Source of the DNA: Selaginella moellendorffii | Taxonomy: Eukaryota; Plantae; Lycopodiophyta | Direction: 5' to 3' | DNA length: 64,000 nt | Assembly (NCBI RefSeq): GCF_000143415.4 | Contig: NW_003314270.1 | Coordinates: 2,101,048-2,165,047 of the forward strand | Program-made: the position numbers and the translations under genes | Shown: in pieces, positions 51,159 to 63,379 of the stretch | How the letters are laid out: each line of letters opens with the position of its first letter | Numbering within the stretch: the stretch's first letter is position 1 | The notes under the pieces: generated by a model | Told to the model about the DNA's origin: nothing | The model's database searches: none | Seen by the model: only the letters and a program-made list of their open reading frames with translations

Positions 51159-51978
51159 AGCTTCTCACTTCGGCCAAATGAAAAAGAAAATATTTTAGTA
51201 ATTTTAACATGATTTCTCGCGGCCACTTGAAAATGACCCAAGAATATGCCTGGAACCTCTGAAAGGTGAAGGATTATCGACACTAGTGGATTATTTATGC
51301 CAAATAAAATTGCTACTTATTGAAAGAGGTGGAATGGAATAGAAGTCACTGTATAAGATGGGATTTAGATGCTTTCGTGTGAAAAGTATCAAATTGAGAT
51401 TGATAGTTATAATTTATAGAGAATTTGCTGAAACTATGTCTAAGGATTATTAGATAATTAAATTGAAAAACCTGTTAAAGAAAATATTAAGCCAAGTAAA
51501 AAATAGGCAAGCCGATTTCCCTACTTCATTTGTTATTCATTCTGAGTTAGTTTAGCTAAATAAACTCCACATTAGGATGAGTACGCACAAAACATTATGT
51601 GGTAAACCATTTTTATTTTCATGTCTCTTCTATGGCATTATTACTTGCTAGGGTCAAATTTCCAACTACTCAGTCCCATTCTAACAAACAAAGTTAAAAA
51701 GCACAAACAGAGTTAGATGTATTTGGAAGTTAAAATATTGCGTTTGATCAACCATTGTACTGGAGAAACATGTGTAGTTCACAACCTTCTAACTTTGGAT
51801 TACTTTTGTTGCTTCATAAGAGAGGTGCATCAGCCTAAAAGTTATGTGACCTAATTGCAGCTGTCAATCTTAAGATTTATGTATACTTAAAACTTATCAT
51901 TTTTCCGAAAACAAAAACCAAGTCTCTTCATTGAGTTATTGGTGGGCTCTCAAATAATGGATTGATTCGCATTTTGTG

Positions 51979-53439
51979 CTATTGCTTGTGGATCAAATTC
52001 TTGATCGACACTGTCGCTCCAGTGATCCCAGCAATGGCACTCAGCACCACCATGGCGCACAGCCCCGCCTTCTCCATCCGGCTCACCTTATCCCCAAAGA
52101 TCTTCACGTAGAACAGGCACGGCATGATGATGCACAGCGTCACGTTGAGGGACGATCCAATAAGCTGGATGATATTCACGAAGTACGGGAAGAGCACGGC
52201 GGCGAGAGCAATGCCGGAGAGGATCATGCTGCGGAGGAAGACGCAGGCGAGGTAGCCGAGCTTTGGGCTGTGCCGCGAGTCAGAGAGATTTGGCAGGAGG
52301 AGCTGCTCGAGTTCGTGGGCGATTGGGGAGAGGAGGAGGGCGAACTGGGTAACAGGGGTGAGAAATGTCGCCCAGATTGCGATCTTGGAGGGAAGGAGGT
52401 GTGGCGGCATGTTGAGGTGAACTTGGGGCCTGGTCTGGGAGCCAAACATGATCGCGCCGAGGATGCCCACGATGACATTGAGCGTGATCGCGGTCGCAAA
52501 GGAGATGACCATCACCTGTTAAAGAGTGTAATTGTGAGTTTAAATATTTTCATGGTCCAACCAAAAGGTGACAGAGCAAGAAGAACAAAATAAATTGATA
52601 ACATAAATGCACTAGAACAAGATCATCAGGAAGCTTACTTTTGGGAAATCGCCCTGGTTCTCCATGGATCTTTGAATGTTTGGCAACACTGGCGTGGATC
52701 CAAACGTGAAAGTGTACACTCCAGTCGCAAGGGGAAGATTCTTGACATTGACAACGGCCACGGGCTGATCGAATCCAATTCCATAGTCTGCTCCAGCCAC
52801 GACGAGGCACACAATGGTGGCGAGGATGCTCATCCCGCACCAAAACGTGAGATAAGAGATCGTCCGCAAGTTCCGGAACCACGTTGTGGGAAGAACCAGG
52901 AGAAACGCCATGCAAGTGAAGAGAGCCTTGCCTCGGATCACGCCCAGGACGTTGATCCTGGAGCTCGGGAATATGTGCGTGAGGGTGTCACCCATGGAGA
53001 CGAGGTAACCCGTGAGCGTTCCAAGGATCCGGAGGTAGAAGAGCGTCCGGACAAGAATTGGAGCCCAGGATGGGAAGGCCTTGGTTGCTACGTCCTGATA
53101 GTTTGCGAGACTTGGATCGTGGACGAGGCACTTAGAGATGAGCTTGGATCCACACCAGTAGAAGGATGCGGTGATAAGCAGAACGAACAGCCCGAAGAAG
53201 CCCGATCTCTCTATCGCGTACGCGGAGGAGAGCGTTCCCAGGCCTGCGAGCAAAGAAAGTTAGAATCATAGATTATGAAGGTGTCCTTGCATACCAATGA
53301 GCAGGACGATGGAGTTTACTGACGCTTGGAACAAGGTGGCTTTGTTGTTCTCCTTGTCTTGCTCCGGGTTCTTGCAGCAGTCATCGATGATCTTCGAATT
53401 CCCGGACTCGAGCTCGACGTGCTGCTGCTGCTTCTCCAT
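51979..53439 (-). CDS. Amino acid transporter, AAAP family (AVT1-like), 3 exons
   Basis: QASVNSIVLLIG|LGTLSSAYA, YQDVATKAF, PNIQRSM and LIGSSLNVTLCIIMPCLFYVKI; multiple TM helices. Confidence 0.9.
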
Positions 53440-54254
53440 GTCGATCAAACAACGATGAAATCGAGTAAGCGAGCGAGAGAGCGGAGAAAAAAAAGAAAGA
53501 GCGAGTTCTAACCGACTCGGCTCTTTCTTTTTTCTAGTGATTTAGAGAGCAAGCAAAGCTTGCTTATATAATGCAGCCGACAAGCTGGATCATTAGATAA
53601 GTGATGCTCTTCTCTTTCTTGTTCAAACAGATTCCAGCCAAGATCCTTGCCGATAAAACTTTTATAATTGAATTTCTCCTCTTTGTGGAGAATCACACTA
53701 CGCCAAAAAACTTTTAAGTACCGAGAACTTGTCAAAGCTTCTGTGCGAAAATCCGGAAAATCATGCAAGTGACACGAGACAGAAAAAAAAACAAAGAAAA
53801 TGAGTATTTGTGCGCACCACCCAAAGTTTCCACCCCCAAACTTACTGGAACAACTGGATTTTGCTGGCAAAATCCCCAAAGAAGTAGCTAAATTACTAAA
53901 GACTATCACGAGATTCGAAGGAGCATTACTAGCACTGCTTGCTTCACCGCGTCACAATTATACAAGCATTATTTGGATGCCCAGAGCATCACCCAGCGAT
54001 TCCCACTCTGCCACTAAAGGAGCTTTCTCGAGTTTGCGAAGCCACAACTTTGATCTTCTAGATCCTGGAATTGTTGGCACACACGTTGTTGCCTCGGTGT
54101 CTGGTCTCCTGGTTGCGAAGATCACACAGTTTGATAATACTTTCTTCCGCCACAAACTCCAGATCGCATTCCTGAAATGTGATTCCTTTGCTGTCAAGCT
54201 AACGCTCACACAGTAGAGTTTTTTACGATTCAGAACGATGTAAATCTTGGGTGA

Positions 54255-55379
54255 TCACTTTGCAAGAACTTTGGGGACCGCTTCCACTTCCTGAAGCCAC
54301 CGAGAGTGCAAAGGGCAGGGATCGGTCGTCCCAGACGCGATTGCTCGCTCCGAGATCCCGTAAAACCATCCGTTCCTCCATTCGAACTGAGACATAGACG
54401 AAGCATGTCATCACAGGAAAAGAGTGCGAAAAAAAGAGTAACGACCTCTTTCACAGCGGTGGGAAAGTAAGCAACCGATCTGGCATACGAACACAGGCGT
54501 TCCTCGAGCCCGGGATCAAAAGCCACGGATTTTTCCGAAGAGGCTGCGGCAGCAAGCTCGGTTATAAGCTCGGAGACCTGTTGCAAGTAGGAAAAAGAGG
54601 GAGCTTTCCGTTTTCTAGAATGAGATGAACATGATATACCTCGTCACGGTACCTCTTCTCGACGTCTCCCACAGTTGCGCCAGGGTGACGGGCACCAACA
54701 AGCATGAAAGCTGAAATCCATATCAGCTTCTCAAGCATGGGCTTGGCAAACTCGCGGGCGTCCAGCACCTGTTGAATCCATCCTGCCATTGGAGTAAGTC
54801 GAGAGAGCTTCTTTCGAAAGAAGAAAGAAAGAAAAGTTCTCTTTTCTCTCTGGTTCTCACGAGAGTTTCTTTGCGATAGTACCTTGCATGACAATCCTCC
54901 AGCGTGTAGCCTTGCAGCAACGGCAGCAGCCCATTTCCCACACGCGGCAGTGAGGCCTTCGGGATTGGCATCCGTCTTGCCATCAACGGGCTCGTCCCCG
55001 AGCTTGGCGACCGCGAAGTAGACGAGGACCTGCGTAGCTTCTGCCAATCCACGCTTCTCCAGCCACGGCTCCAGCATCCCATTCTGGAAGAACACCAAGT
55101 CTGGGAGAAGAAGCGAATGAGAGGAAGCCTAGAGAGAATTCCATGGATTCTATGGATACCTTCGCGACGGTGTGCCGGGGTAGCGTCCACGACAGCGTCC
55201 AGATCGTTGTTCCGGGTGCAAACAAAGATGGGGCCGGAAGAGAGACTGGATGGAAACGGCTGGCCTCGCAGCAAAACAACGTCCCTGCCATGCCCCAGCT
55301 TTTCAAGAGCCGACCCAATTCGGCCCCGCCCAACAATCACTGCCGGTGGCGGCAGCATTGAAGCCACAAATGCCGCCAT
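54255..55379 (-). CDS. Conserved uncharacterised Rossmann-like protein (At1g16080-like), 5 exons
   Basis: AVIVGRGRIG, IFVCTRNNDL, LVFFQNGMLEPW, DGKTDANPEGLT, MLEKLIWISAFMLVGARH and FPTAVKEFEWRNGWFY. Confidence 0.88.
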
Positions 55380-55427
55380 GGTTTCAGCGATAAACCCTAA
55401 CTTGGCACTCGGGTTTAAGCAATTAAT

Positions 55428-55580
55428 GGATATATTTAGAATATGTTTGAAAATCTTAGGATATTCTACAATCGATCCTTGGACATTTAAATATTTATAA
55501 TTTATAAACTACTTTCTAGTATATTCTAGTCTAATGGTATGTTTATAATTATAAACTTCTAATTGGATTAATAAATAATA
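55428..55580 (-). repeat. AT-rich dispersed repeat, partial copy 3
   Basis: TTTATAAACTACTTTCTAGTATATTCTAGT...GTTTATAATTATAAAC resembles 32170-32340. Confidence 0.5.
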
Positions 55581-56680
55581 AACGGTTTCGAGGTAATCCC
55601 GCAAATAACTATAGAGAGTCTTTCAGCCATTTTATGACATGTATCCGCATCAGGTTTCATCAAGTTGCAAAATGCAATGTAGCAATGCGACACCCAATCT
55701 TCGTGCAAGTCTCTTTTTAGTATTGCCTTCAGGGCTAAAGGGAATGGCTGGCATGCCAACTTAAAAAGTAATTTAGCATTCTCTTGCTTAGTCCTAAGAC
55801 TTTCCCAAAGACTTTTCCACTTACGATCATAACCTAAAGGTGGTAATGATAGACATTATGCTAGTTGTTTATCATCCAATTTGAGCCGGCCTCCCTTTAT
55901 GGCATCCTTCACAAACGTATCTCCCAGTTTGTTGTTCACCGTTACAAGCGTTTCAATAAGCTTTGAAGTTGGATTCACAATCATCTACAGCCCTTTTCAA
56001 AATAGATGCAAAGAGAGATACTATCCAACCCAACCTGATAAGCTTGTGCTGGATCAGCAATCTCAAGCAATATACCAAGACCATTGTCCACGTCACTTCC
56101 ATGGCTTATGAAGAACGACTTAACCCTTGGCTTTTGCCCCTAAACCAACGAAGTGTTTAGACTCCATAGGCCAGACCGTGTCAAACACTATTTGATAGAC
56201 ATCTGGTTCTGCAGCCACATTTGGATGTTCCTTAACCATTTCGCGAAAGAGCAGGGTTTGTAGCTCAAACTCTTCTTTGTCTCTCTGAAAGGGAACCCAT
56301 TTAAAAGGATAAGCAACTATTCTGGTGAAAGTCTCCTGATCACATGTCTGGGTAAGCGAGTCCAGAGCATCGTTTGCAAACTCAGCATCAAGAAACCTCC
56401 GGATCACAATGCGGCTGTGCCTCTTCCCAATGAGCTTGTGGAAAACTGGTACCTTTGTCAGTGGTGCCTTGTTAATAATCAAATCAATCAACTTTGTCAG
56501 TTGTTAGTAATCAAATCAATTAGCTCATCCGTGAAGAGTTCTTGACATTCTGGTGAAGGTGCCCAAGCCCCACGCAGAGATATCCGTCCAACTTCAGATC
56601 TGAATCTTTCCAAATGGAATCCATGAAATCCAACCCTAAGTTTACAAATATATATTTGAAGCATTTCCTTAAACAAACTT
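55568..56680 (-). pseudogene. Disrupted coding sequence of an unrecognised protein family, directly downstream of RRN3
   Basis: Consecutive protein-like frames (56497-56754, 56120-56491, ~55970-55568) broken by a 32-bp-period duplication (LIDLITNN/IDLIINK), a frameshift and an in-frame stop. Confidence 0.45.
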
Positions 56681-56687
56681 GATGATC

Positions 56688-59320
56688 TCAAGACATTGGA
56701 AGCATCTGTGCCAAATTCGCCGGTAGCATCCGAGGCGGCGTGATGGACATGCACTCCAAAGAATTCCGGAACGCTTCCTCGCCACCATCATGGTGCTCGT
56801 AGCCTTCCTCTTCGGCCTCCATCAGATCATCCGGATCTAACACCTCTTCCTCCTCCACAACAGGCTCCTCCTCGTCGCTGCTCTGTTCCTCGACTTCGTT
56901 TGCCGAGTGAGCCGCAGACCAGTGCGTGAAGATTGGCTCGATAAATCTGTCCACCATTTTGTTGTTACTCAGCACAGTAGAAACAATTACCATGGTCTTA
57001 CCTGTCCGATCGTCTCAGCAAGTAAGGATCAAATGGGAAGAACATCTCTAGCCTGTTGTCACCTCCATAGGATTTGAATGACAAGACCTCGAATCCGGAG
57101 CTAGGCTCTACAGTGCCGCTGTAGCTGATAAGCTGAATTGCCGTCGCTTGCCTGACAAACTCCTCGACGACGGAGGGAAGACACACCTAGTAGCATAACG
57201 AGCATTAGCACACAACCAATTATGCTCTTGCGGGTTACCTTAAGAGGGCAAAGCTTGTGCTCTATCAGCTGTTGCAATCTCAAGCCTTTCAGCAAGGGTC
57301 TTTGCGTAGAATCCGCATGAAGCTCCCTCAATCTGAAGCAGAGAATGTACATTACTGCCTGCATGAAACATGAAAGTTAATGACCGTCCAAAGCCAGAGT
57401 AAAATGATCACCTGACAAGCAGCATAGAAGACTCCATGAAGGGCTGTGTCTGTCAATTTGAACACGTCGAACCTTGTAGGAGTAAAGCTGACACACCAGT
57501 TTACTAGCCTGTAGATAATAATCTCATTAGAATGACTCCCTTTGTCTTATGAAAGCAGTACCTTGAAACGGATGAAAGCACCACAGGCAAAGGTAAGAAG
57601 TTTGCCCTGGCAAGGTAGCTCGCAAGGTATGCGGCAGCAGACATCCTGGAAAAGAACCATAATTAGAGAGGTTTCCTTCTAAAGCTCAGAGGTTGTACCT
57701 TGTGTTGCTAGGAATAGACCGAGTCACAAATGTCTCGCAAAGAAACCCAGCGAAGTTCACCCCGCAACTTGAAGGAGATAACGAGCACAGATAGAAGATC
57801 AAGAACTGAAGAAAACAAGCTTGTTACTAAAATTCACACTTCACTTCGACAAGACATACCTGCGTAAACTTTGACTTGTAGGTGTCAAGGACAGTCGACT
57901 TGAAAGAAACCATTAGTGTTGTATACACCTCGTCGAGCCTTTCATTTTTCGCACATTGATGCAAGTGCTCAAACACCAGTTCCATCAAATGGTCCATCTT
58001 GTCTGCTATTTCATCTAAAGGCTTCTTCCCTGAATGCGCTGCTAACGCATGCTCCAATTGAGCCTGCAAGAAACTCACGCATTAGAATTCTTATCTAAAG
58101 ATAAACAGATGAGATATTTACCTCACTACCGGGAGCCGCTTGTTTGTCATCGGATTCATCAACATCCATATGGAAGACCAAAACTTTGCTACTATCCTCA
58201 TCCTTCAAAATGTCCTCCCAAGCTATCTCTACCTGGAAGGATAATGAGAATAAGAGAAAAAAAATAATAAAACCGTGTAAGCTCTTACATCTATCTCGAT
58301 CAGCCTGTCGACTATCCCCAACAGCATCCGGCTGCTTATAGCTGGACTAACGCGCTTGCTATCTAAAAGTAACATATTCTCCAGGAACAAAGAATTCCAC
58401 TGCACAAAACTTGTTCAAGGTAAGGCCGTTTGAATCACATAAAAAGAAGAACGAACTTACATCTTTGTCAACCCTTCGATGAGGCATTCTTTGCTGGACG
58501 ATCGGATGAAGCCTCAGAGCGGCAATTGGGACCAACTCCAAAATTCGTTGTAGAGCTAGATGCACACGATTCACGACGTCACTTTTCATGGACAAATGTA
58601 GCGGTTTTAGTCCTTTAAGACTTTCAAAAGTCATCTTTTTTCTAGCAAGCCTGTCTTGTGTATAACAGTCAAGATGCACCTTGATACCACATGAGGGAGG
58701 CAAAAAGTTCCGCACTAGCATGTCCAAGCATCTGGGCACCAAAACACCGCTAGAAGTCGCCTGAAATGAAAACATCTAAGCATTCCGGAGAAACAAATCA
58801 TCTGTCTACCTACCAAATTCACGACAAGGTTCTCAATTGCATCCAGAAGCTCATTGCTGCCACTCCAGAAGCTCATAGAAAACACCTAGAGAAAATTTTC
58901 TTAGTACGAAGCATTAGAAAACAGAAGGGCGACTTACAAGCGATAGCAGCATCTCGTGATCCCGCTCGTTGATAATGCTTACACATTGGGAGAGCGCTCG
59001 TATTCTTGCCTGGAAAAATTACAACGAAAATAAGGCTTCCCTACAATAAAAATTTAAATTCCACGTACCGCCAAGCCAGAGACGCTTTCTGGATCATCGA
59101 AGTCGACGTTTTTCAAGTCCGAGAGCAATTTCCGGTAGCGATCGATGTCCTCCTGCAAGGAACCCAAAACCCTAAGCCTCAAAAACCCCAGGACAAGCAA
59201 TCACACACATACCCCAGACAACGCTTGCAACATCCACGACCGCACAATCTCTTGGAGCTGCTTATCGTCCACTTCCGCAGCCGCCGCAGCCGACTCTTTC
59301 GCTTGCCCTTCCATCGCCAT
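56688..59320 (-). CDS. RRN3: RNA polymerase I transcription initiation factor RRN3 (TIF-IA), multi-exon
   Basis: CLDMLVRNF, VLDTYKSKFTQF, MSAAAYLASYLARANF, HGVFYAACQAVMYILCFR and LEMFFPFDPYLLRRS. Confidence 0.93.
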
Positions 59321-61998
59321 GGCGGCGACACTTGAGCTACATTTCTGCCGGCCCAATTTTAGGGCTCTTGGATTAGGGCTTAGCCGACATCTGGGGTATA
59401 TCCCGCGGCATTTTGCGCGCTTGGAGCTTTCGAAAATTTGAGCAAGCGCGCCATTTAAGTAGGTCTCTTTAGCTAGCTGGCTGACTGGCTGGCTGTTGCA
59501 AAGCCCAAATTCAACCCCTGCGCAACACCACATGGCCACATGCCTTTCGGTACCTGCCGCGTGGCCGTCTGCCATTGGCCAGCAGCGTCGACTTCCACGG
59601 CAGCAGCAGCACATCACGAGTACAAGGCATGTCAGTACGGCGCACATGCCAATGTGTATCTCCGCTGTACGGGTACGTATTTGCGGGCGAGTGGTACCGT
59701 ATGCCCGTCAGGCACATGGGCCAAAAGCGTAGCGCGACGGGATGGTGTCAGTGGCCACATCTTCGTGTGCATGTGGACACGCAACCAAAAAGGATGCGTA
59801 CGGAACGCGGCCTTTTAAAAATCCTCGGGAGAAATATCCCAGCCCTCCTGTGGTGACCGTTGAAAGAATTTAGGGTTTTAAAGGTTAGGGCAAATTGACA
59901 TGCACGTGCAGTGTCGCTCGACTTGTTTAATCTCCGCGGTGAATCACGATTCCGGGGATCATCCAATCGCTTGTTAACAGGAGGGGCGACACATGTATCT
60001 ATCTCGGAGCTTGTCTTTGAATCACAGCGCATAGCACACGTTCACTGGCGAATTGTTTTTGTAAGCGGGACGTGTGTACGGATTAGGTCCTTGGTGTTGA
60101 CCAATCTTGCTTAGGCATTTTGTAAGGTAAAATTTACATTTATACTCCACCAACTTGGATCGTTTTCACATGACAAGCTCTGCTGGCCATGGTGTGTCCT
60201 AATCCGCGTGTTTTCAGTGTGTTGTGATAGTTTCACATGGCCAATTTGCAGGACTTGGCAATGCCCACAAACAATTCTAGGGTTCCTCCTTGTCTGTCCA
60301 CACGGTGAGATCCCTCTAACGTGTAACGTTCTAGTAGAGGGATTTTAAAGGATCACTTCGATTTGAGTAAACTTTGTGAGAAAGTTCCGATCGAATGGAT
60401 TATTAGTGTCTGCTGGCTAGCGATGCAACCGTGCATGTGGGGAGTGCATGGCACTTCCGGGACATGGGAGGTTTCTATATGATGCAAAGAATGTCTTTCT
60501 ATGTTCTAGGCAGTGTAATCAAAGGCAATAATCTACACGGGAGATAAGAAAAGGCGGAATCGAGGCTGGTTGACCGATCTCAAAGCCTGGTGAATGTCCT
60601 GACTTTGAGTTGCTACCCATGGCCACGCCCTAGAAAATCATTTCCAGGGAAACGAGGGAGCCCCAATCACCCAACACTTTCAACTGTAGAGATCTCCCGC
60701 CCCATGTCTCGCCACGCCCCCGTCCCCCAAGATCCGAAATCCACAAGGGGCCAGCTCACCCAAGTTGAATTCCTCGCTAGATCTCACATGGACGCACTAG
60801 AAACTTGTGCATGGATGCGATTGAAGCGGTGGCGAAACTTGCATTTAAAAGAGAAAACAATGCGAGGTAATTCGATCCGAGGGGCTATGGTATCCTTTGC
60901 TTCGTGTGTCGCATAGATTTACATCAAGGCGCGAGATCAATCCATAGACAATGCGAAGTAACACATGCGCTTCGCCACTTTTCTAAAACCATCCCCGGTC
61001 CTCACTTTGACTTGAGTGATGCAAATGCAAATGTATGCTGGCTGGCTGGCTAGTAAATCTTTATAAACATCAGTAAAAACCTTGGTAATCTTACCCTGCC
61101 TACAGCTCCATGGTCTAAATTCATGACATGATCTTCCCCTCCGTGTCAGGGATGGAACATGGCCAAGAAAACTAGAAGAAGCATATTCTTTGTGATTGGC
61201 CTGAAAGGTGCCGGAATTATTCGCACAGTACCCCCACAATCTTTGTTAGTGCATCATGGGCCACTCCAATCACATTCCATTCCATTCCCACACTTATTCA
61301 TTCGTTTCCAATGTAGTTAACCCTACGCCACCTTTGCGTGCACTCCATGCATACAAAGTAAGTTAGTTACCTTGCCCGTTTCCACCGTTGGATGGGCATA
61401 CGCCCGCCGATCCAACCGCTACCAAACGCGTACATTATATGTACTCTTCCGTGCGGAGTGGGCCACAACTTGGAGCAAGGGGAATATCCGTACGTGTGGG
61501 TCATTAGCACGCGCGCATGTGCCCCGGGTATCTGTATGTATCTGCCCTCTATCATTACCACCACCTGCCATCCAATTTAACTTCCATCCACACTGTCCAC
61601 GTCGGCTTTTAACCTGCGTCACATGCACAAATACATTTTCACCCGTGAGGAATATGCCGGGGGAGCTGGACCCATCGTACGTACGGCCGGTTTAGCGGCG
61701 TTTTAACCTACTAGGTTCTCCTTTAGTTTATTTTAGTTTTGTTTCTTGGTATGCGTGCTTGCGCGAGGGCTTTTTGAGCGGCATTCCTTTCCTTGCCCCT
61801 TGAGAGTTTGCTCATCGCGATCGCGATAGTTTGGCCGCTCGTCACGGTCTGGAGTGTGATCTCTCCTATCCACATTTTCCCTGATTCTTGGATCTTCGCG
61901 TTCTTTGCTCGCCCGCTCGTCCCGCGCCCATTTCCGATCGATTCTCTGGTTTCTCGGGGCAGATGCGTTGCTGATTTCTACATTCCAGCGCTCCTCTC

Positions 61999-63379
61999 AT
62001 GGCAAGAGATCCAGCTTACGATCTCTCTCGCGGTTTCACCTCTCCATGCGATTGGGCCGCCTCGTTCGCCAAGAACGAATCGCAGGCTCTAGCCGGCTTT
62101 GGCGTCGCCAGGAAATTCCAGTCGTCACGGTTACAGCAGCAGCCACTTCCCCTGAGATCCATCTTCACAGACAGTACGGTTCCAACGCTAGCTCGCCTCG
62201 CTAATTCTCCAGCCACAAGGGATGATGGAGCGAACGAAATTTGTGCCAGGAATGGAGCCCCTAGCAGCGCGAATCCACAAGACCCAATCGATGGATTGGA
62301 TCTTGGGCAAAGGCCCGAGGCGACGTCCGAGTCGGGCTGGACGGCCTACTTGGATATCTCCGTGGATTGGAACGCTTACAACAGTTTGTCGAGACATCTG
62401 ATAAGACCCGGATCGATCGACGGTGGTGGGTCGATGGAGGACGAGTGGCGGGAAGATTCGTCCATGGAGTCGGACGCGTCCTCTGGTCCCGAGCAGCCCG
62501 AGCTCCTCCGAAAGGAGGGGTTGAGGAGGAACGCTCTACGGGGGAAGAGAAAGTCGGCGGCGGTGAGGGAAACCAATCCGTGTTGCGTCGTCCGGGAGGG
62601 CGATAATGATCTCGATGATACTTGCCAGTCGAATCTCAGCTGTGAGTCGGTCTCGGACGATCCGAGACCGGCTAGACGGCGATGCAAGAGAAGTAGAGTC
62701 GGCGATGATCATCAACCAGCATTGTCACGGCCTCCTCAGGTAAATTAAAACATGGGAGTTTCTGATCTGGAAACTTATCATGGATGCTTCTCTTTGCAGG
62801 TTGTAGATGAGCACTCGGATGAGAATGAGGTCGAGGTTGAGGCTGGCGAAGCCGAGATTTCCAGCCCTCCAAGCGTCAATGTAAGAAGCGAGCTTCTGCT
62901 TCCGGGCTTTGATCGTTTCGTGGATTGACGCTTTTGTCTTCCTTCTCCACCAGATACACGAGAAAGCTGTAGATTCACGCTTGGAGTTGCTGCAGCACTT
63001 GATACCACATAGTAGTAGACAGGTACGGGGCGATCTGGTTTGGCTCTTGAGAAGCGCGCTAAGTATTCCGTGTTTGTGTAAACCATTTGCAGCTGGATGA
63101 AGAGCAAGTGCTAGAAGTCGCGATCGACTACGTGAAAAGTCTGGAAGAGGAGATCAAGGTAGAGCTCCTTGGCTGCTGCGAGCGATCCTAGCGGAAGTTC
63201 TAAGCTTTGTTTTGCCTTCTCAGATGTTTGGAGCTTCAAAGGATGGATTGAGCAGCGAGCAATCTGCCTCCGCTGGCGATAGCGCAATGACCTCGCAGAG
63301 TTGCCAAGCTGCAAGTGCGTTGCAGGACAAGGGCATTTGCATGTTCCCACTGTCAATGGTGGTGGCAACGACAACATGA
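61999..63379 (+). CDS. Putative SOFL/VUP1-motif protein fused to an atypical (non-basic) HLH domain; exons 61999-62739, 62800-62880, 62954-63022, 63093-63158, 63224-63379 (~370 aa)
   Basis: Exon 1 has ESGWTAYL and SSMESDASSGP motifs. Four phase-0 GT-AG introns join it to RLELLQHLIPHSSRQ|LDEEQVLEVAIDYVKSLEEEIK| and LQDKGICMFPLS. Confidence 0.75.

Noticed and set aside
59400-61900. Many short ORFs and CACATG/CATGCA/ACGT motifs between RRN3 and the SOFL-HLH gene
   Set aside because: No coding signature. This is likely an extended regulatory region, but individual sites cannot be supported from sequence alone.
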